Assembly: GCF_000981445.1 (NCBI RefSeq)
Contig: NC_027217.1
Location: forward strand, 2,232,001 to 2,296,000
Source: Babesia bigemina
Lineage: Eukaryota
Direction: 5' to 3'
DNA length: 64,000 nucleotides
The notes below the pieces were generated by a model. The model worked only from the letters and a program-made list of their open reading frames with translations, ran no database searches and was not told the DNA's origin. Shown piece by piece: positions 59,183-64,000 of the stretch. How positions within the stretch are numbered: position 1 is the stretch's first letter; each line of letters starts with the position of its first letter. A program made the position numbers and the translations under genes.

Positions 59183-61048
59183 ATGAAGGCTGCATTGGTG
59201 TTTTTGTTGGCGGCGTTGGCTCATGCTCAGCCAGAAATGGACACGTCCGCAGCCACCATTAAGCTCCAGGCTGAGAAGGCCTTCGAACACGACATTGCCG
59301 AATACACCCTGAAGGTGCTCTCGTGCCCCTCCGGAACTGGGCTCACTATCACGAAGGCTGAGTGGATAGCCACCTTCTCCGGCCAGCTCGACACTGACGA
59401 GAATACCCCGGTTCGCTTGGACAGGACTTCCGACGTAAGGAAGATTTGCCGCGGTCTCAACAACTGCATCCTTAAGCCCATTGCCCACCTCGAGAATGTT
59501 GTTGACAAGATCTACCACTTCTTCGGCGTGCCGTTCTCCAACGCCAAGTACACCCTGAATATCAGCGGAATGTGCCAGTCGACGGCACGCAGGCCCACCG
59601 GTCGCGAGATGGTCGCCTCCATCGACCCCAGCCGTGACCTCGTCATGGGTTGTGATGAAGGCGAGGTCATCAACCTGTCGTTCGTGCGTGGAGCCGGTCT
59701 TTTCCACACCTGGCAATACAGGCACAACTACTGCAACAGGTCGTTCATGGAGAACGCCTTCTACATCTGCCAGAACCAGCGTAGCTGTACCGTCGACAAG
59801 TCGCTCTACATCAGTGACACCGTCTGCAACTACCAGGTCATCGACGCCCAGTACTTCTGCCGCCCCTCCTACCACAACGCGTATGTCGACGTGATCAGGA
59901 AGAACGGCAACGACGAGATCATCCTCACTGCCGAGGAGGACTCCTTCGTCACCGTCAAGGCGCCCGCCGAGTCCCTGCTGTCCGTCAAGTCGGCCGTCTG
60001 GGATGTCGTCGGTAAGGAGTTGGAGGAGGACGACACCAGGAGGAACCGTTTGGATCTCCTGCAATTCTTCTGTGAGGGCCGCAGCAGCTGCACCTTCAGC
60101 CCCAGGAGGACTTCCAACGGTCTCCTTGACCTGCACCTCGGTGGTATCACCTCTGACAACCAGAAGCCTTTCGTCTTCAAGGCCAAGTTCGGTATTGTCA
60201 AGGGCACCCAGAACGCCGCGGATTCCAACATCAAAACCATCCCGTGCAAGCACGGTCAGACTGTTGCCATGACCTGCCCTAGCGACCGTTACATCCGTGT
60301 AGTCAGCGCCCTCTGGGGAGGTGAGGTCACCGACACCGCCAGTCAACCCACCAACATTTTCTGGGAGGAGAAGACCGTAGACGGCAAGCTCTACCGTACC
60401 ACTGAAATTGGTGCCTTCCTCGACAAGCAGGTGTTCAACAAGAGCGAGTTCACTTTCGACCCGTTCGCCGTTGTTAAGGAGAAGCGCCTGTTGCCCAACA
60501 TCGAGGGTATCCGTGAGAACGACCACAGCCTCACCGTCAAGTACACGTGCGTGGACCTAGCCAGCAAGCCTTCCGTCTCCGACCTCGGCCTTGTCGACAT
60601 CAAGTCCCTCACCTCCGACTACGATGAGGAGTACTCCCTCAGCAAGGAGAAGGTCATCCCCTTCGGCTTCAAGAAGAACAACCAGTTGATCGTCATGATC
60701 GAGATTCAGGGCACCAGCGAGGTACAGGTTGGCAAGTTCCTCTCTATTCAGCTCCCTGGTGGTGCCGAGGGCAATTACGTTGCCACGCTCCCGCAGAACA
60801 ACGCCGCCGCCGAGCACAAGGTCGAGCAGCCGTGCGACAACGCCGTAATCAACGTCCTCTTCGCCGAAAACAAGACCATCCACGTCACCACCAACCTTTA
60901 CCGTGGAACTGAGCTCGTCGCCACCCTGGTGGACGACCTCACCAGCGCGTCTGAAATCAAATTCGAAGAAGAAGTTAAGGACATTGTCCACGCCTCTGGA
61001 AACGTTTTGGGTATGCGTGTGTTCTACAAGGACTTCACCCCCCGGTAA
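59183..61048 (+). CDS. secreted protein with tandem SUEL/galactose-binding-lectin-like domains, 621 aa
   Basis: Signal peptide and repeated LSCP..ITKAEW / C.G..SC patterns; very strong C-ending codon bias. Confidence 0.7.
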   Translation: MKAALVFLLAALAHAQPEMDTSAATIKLQAEKAFEHDIAEYTLKVLSCPSGTGLTITKAEWIATFSGQLDTDENTPVRLDRTSDVRKICRGLNNCILKPIAHLENVVDKIYHFFGVPFSNAKYTLNISGMCQSTARRPTGREMVASIDPSRDLVMGCDEGEVINLSFVRGAGLFHTWQYRHNYCNRSFMENAFYICQNQRSCTVDKSLYISDTVCNYQVIDAQYFCRPSYHNAYVDVIRKNGNDEIILTAEEDSFVTVKAPAESLLSVKSAVWDVVGKELEEDDTRRNRLDLLQFFCEGRSSCTFSPRRTSNGLLDLHLGGITSDNQKPFVFKAKFGIVKGTQNAADSNIKTIPCKHGQTVAMTCPSDRYIRVVSALWGGEVTDTASQPTNIFWEEKTVDGKLYRTTEIGAFLDKQVFNKSEFTFDPFAVVKEKRLLPNIEGIRENDHSLTVKYTCVDLASKPSVSDLGLVDIKSLTSDYDEEYSLSKEKVIPFGFKKNNQLIVMIEIQGTSEVQVGKFLSIQLPGGAEGNYVATLPQNNAAAEHKVEQPCDNAVINVLFAENKTIHVTTNLYRGTELVATLVDDLTSASEIKFEEEVKDIVHASGNVLGMRVFYKDFTPR

Positions 61049-61086
61049 AAACAACCAAACAACAGAACTTTTGTAATGTTTACGAT

Positions 61087-61600
61087 TTAACTGGGTTGCG
61101 CAGCTCGTTGGTGTTGAGCGTTCATGTTATCCAGCTGCGCTTATTAAGACCGTTGATTGAAAACTCACTGTCCGGCATTTCTCCTCAATGACGCCCTGGA
61201 GGTTGGACATTGCCTTGGCCTTTTCGTCGCTGAGCTCGTTTTCGCGGGGATTCTGCAACGCTTACATTTCGTTCGATATGTATTCTATGCGCTTGGTGAT
61301 GGTGCTCATGGCGTCGTCCTTGCTCTGCGCCGTCAGCACAGGCCCGGTGCTCTTGTAAATCTTGGCATCGGCCTCCAGGATTTGCAGCTCCTGACCACGT
61401 CATAAGCAGAAACGCCTCGCCTACCTTCAACACTGCCGTGCACTCGTTCTGCTGCGTAAGCAGCTGCGAATGTGCGGCCGCCAGCTCGCGGTACTCTGCG
61501 ACGTTGTGAGCCCTGGCGGAGGAAGGCTGCTGCGAAACACGCCCAGACAGCTCGACTTACGCTGCCGCAAATTGTTGACCTCCTTCACTAACGCGTCCAT
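61087..61600 (-). CDS. PFDN6: prefoldin subunit 6 (beta type), multi-exon
   Basis: The spliced product begins MDALVKEVNNL and contains ELQILEADAKIYKSTGPVL..TITKRIEYISNEI; stop at 61087-61089. Confidence 0.8.
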
Positions 61601-61831
61601 AGTTTGTGCGATATTATAGCGTCTAGGGTTAGATGCAATGCGATGTGCGGGTTGCACGGACGCGGACTCGGCCGTCAGGCGGGTATGCTGCCACCTGACC
61701 TATCGGCACCTACTAGTGCGATGCGCGCTTAAACAGCACTGTAGAAAAATTTTTGACAACAGTTTTGCTGTACAGCTGATTGCGATGCCATTGATTTTGC
61801 GATTGTCTTCCTCGGCCTTCCGACGCCACGC

Positions 61832-62322
61832 TTACTGTCGCTCCATGGCCGTTGCCAGTTCATCCACTGAGCGCGATTGCCTGAACAGAGTGTCGCTGAT
61901 TCCCTCGAAGTTGCGCCGCTGCAACGGCAGGAGTCGCGCCGCCTCGTCCTGAAGCTCCTGGAGCTCGCGGCGACGCAGCGCGGCAAACGTCGAGTCGTTA
62001 TTGGCGCTCTGGTTGAACTTCAGCACCGGGTAGGTGGAGGGAACCACGTCTCCGGTCAGTTTGAAGAAGTCGAGGAATGCATTGCGGCTCTTGGCTGCGC
62101 ATGGTTACATATGCGTATAAAAAACTGCCTTAAAACGGCTGTCTCATACGTATAACACCAGACACACGCAGATAACAGAGACACTAGAGCACGGGATACG
62201 ATATTTGAGTCGATTGACATGCACATCGTACCTGTTGCTTTCTCCTTCAGGGCCAGGCCGACCCTGCCGACCAGGGAGACGACGACTACCAGCAACACAC
62301 TTCTCGAAAAAAAGTACACCAT
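61832..62322 (-). CDS. small hypothetical signal-peptide protein, multi-exon; 3' end uncertain
   Basis: ATG62322 gives MVYFFSRSVLLVVVVSLVGRVGLA, then a GT donor; a downstream helical exon lies at 61832..~62096. Confidence 0.4.
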
Positions 62323-62428
62323 TACGTTCAAAGGGCGCCCATTGGTATAAAGGATGTGAATGTGCGCGCGATTGTGCTCGGTTACCACAACATCACTCTC
62401 ACGATGTCGTGTCTTGCCCCGACCCAGG

Positions 62429-63689
62429 CTAGAAGTCGAAGAAGTTTGCGAGACCCTCGCCGAGAGATGCTTCGTAGTTAGCAGGTGGCATGGCCTTGGG
62501 CGCGTTGTCGACGGGGTTACGGTGCCTCCGGTACCAGGATTCACTTGGGTGTGTGTAGCTCCAGGCGGGGTTGACCACTCGCCGCAGCTCACCCAACGCC
62601 CGCTCGAAGTCGTCAACGCTCAGCGCAGCCGATAGCAAGTCGCGTATCTCGTGGTGGCGCTGGCAGTGCTGATGCAAAAGTTTGAAGGCGTGGCCGCGGA
62701 TGCAGCAGGGCGGGTGGTTCGGGTACCTGCATTACGTCGGTTGGCGTGACCGCTGCACCTACTGCCGAACAAGGTCGAGGTACTCCTGCATTATGTCGAT
62801 GTGGTCGTACGTGCGGCCAGAAAAGAGGTATGGCTTCTCCAGCAGCGCCTCAGACGACATCACTGCGTCGGCGCTGAGCACTTGTAATGCACAGCGCAGG
62901 GCGACATACCCGGTGTGTTCGAGACATCGACGAACGTCCTCGAAAGTTTCTATACCTCCATTTGCGATAACTACGCACTCATTTTGTCGCAAATAGGTAT
63001 GCTCACCCGGTATTCTCACGCGCGACTTTACGATGCGAATGGCCTCCCAATCTGCCTCCCGTGTCAGCTGGCCCTTCTCCGACCTGTGCCTGCCGTGGAC
63101 TGTCAGCGCACGGCACCCGCTTTGCTATTAAACACATGCATATCGACGCTTATGATGCCTACCTCGAGGCTGTAGCACAAGTTGAGCGTGGATTGTAGCG
63201 AATTCTTTTCAACCTTGCGTATCTTGCACGTGACCGGGATCCCCACCTCCTGAGTGATCCTGCTTACGATCCCCCTGTAAAAGCGTGGCGTTTAGTCATG
63301 ACGCACTAAACTTACGTAACTAGATCGGGTTCATCAAGCAGGTACGCTCCGTAGTGCCCGTCTTTGGCGATGCCCTGCGGGCATCCCAAATTTATGTCCA
63401 CCGCTGCCACCTTCCCCTTGAGGTGCGCAGCGGCACTAGCCAACGACGCCGCATCATCGCCACACAGTTGTGCGATAAGTGGAGAGTCCTCGGGCGTTGT
63501 TTGGAAGTGCAATGCGCGATACTTATCACTCTCAGCGAAGATGCGCCCGTGCAGCATGGGAGTGAACGCCAGCTGGGTGTTGTAACGTCGGCAGAGCAGC
63601 CTAAAAGGCAGTTCGCTTTGGTTCACCATGGGCGCAGCTACGTATACCGGTGAGCCCAAAGAGGCCCAGAAGTCATCTTTGGCCTCCAT
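62429..63689 (-). CDS. DUS1: tRNA-dihydrouridine synthase 1-like, multi-exon
   Basis: AAPMVNQSELPFRLLCR, FTPMLH, PLIAQLCGDD, VDINLGCPQGIAKDGHYGAYLL and VIANGGIE. Confidence 0.92.
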
Positions 63690-64000
63690 ATCATATACAT
63701 GGATAAGGAGCAGGACCAGTCGCGACAACAATGCCGCAAAAGTACGTTAAGCGTATCACCAACAACCGTCTTCTACTCAAACAAGGATAGCTACCAATGT
63801 TTTACGATATCACAATGATCAGCATGTCAACCGGGAATCATATAAACCTTAATCCAAGTCCGCCACTGGCGCCAGAAGTCGTTGGCAACAGTTCACGTTC
63901 TGCTGCTCCACAAAACGCAAGAACACTTCATATAGTAACCTCAATGTATCTTTACCATTTAGACAATTATAAGCTAGTTTTGCGGTCCTGGAGTTGCCCA

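Noticed and set aside
59072..60526. 484-aa antisense ORF over the lectin-like gene
   Set aside because: It is a codon-register mirror of a strongly biased sense gene and has no recognisable motifs.

Overview
Eukaryotic, intron-containing DNA from a piroplasmid apicomplexan, almost certainly Babesia. The ves-family motifs resemble those of the B. bigemina/B. ovata/B. caballi group, but species cannot be fixed from the sequence. The first ~16.5 kb is a visibly more AT-rich, gene-sparse variant-antigen region. It holds a disrupted ves1 (VESA1)-like pseudogene, two short ves2-type paralogues (one intact, one with a nonsense codon), an MFS transporter and a secreted protein with basic and Tyr/Asp repeat blocks. 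From ~16.7 kb the DNA is GC-rich, tightly packed core genome with 35-45 nt introns. Genes there: a coiled-coil protein, DGAT1, Thg1, an ankyrin-like protein, a secreted LamG protein, Rgp1-like, an ABCB half transporter, QCR11-like, a secreted Cys-rich protein, an HDP1-like homeodomain factor, Vps8, DLST, a giant MATH/pseudo-USP protein, glutathione synthetase, a SUEL-lectin-like secreted protein, prefoldin 6 and DUS1. I saw no CRISPR array, mobile element, rRNA or tRNA gene. All family calls come from motif recall rather than database searches, and exon structures were read by eye.
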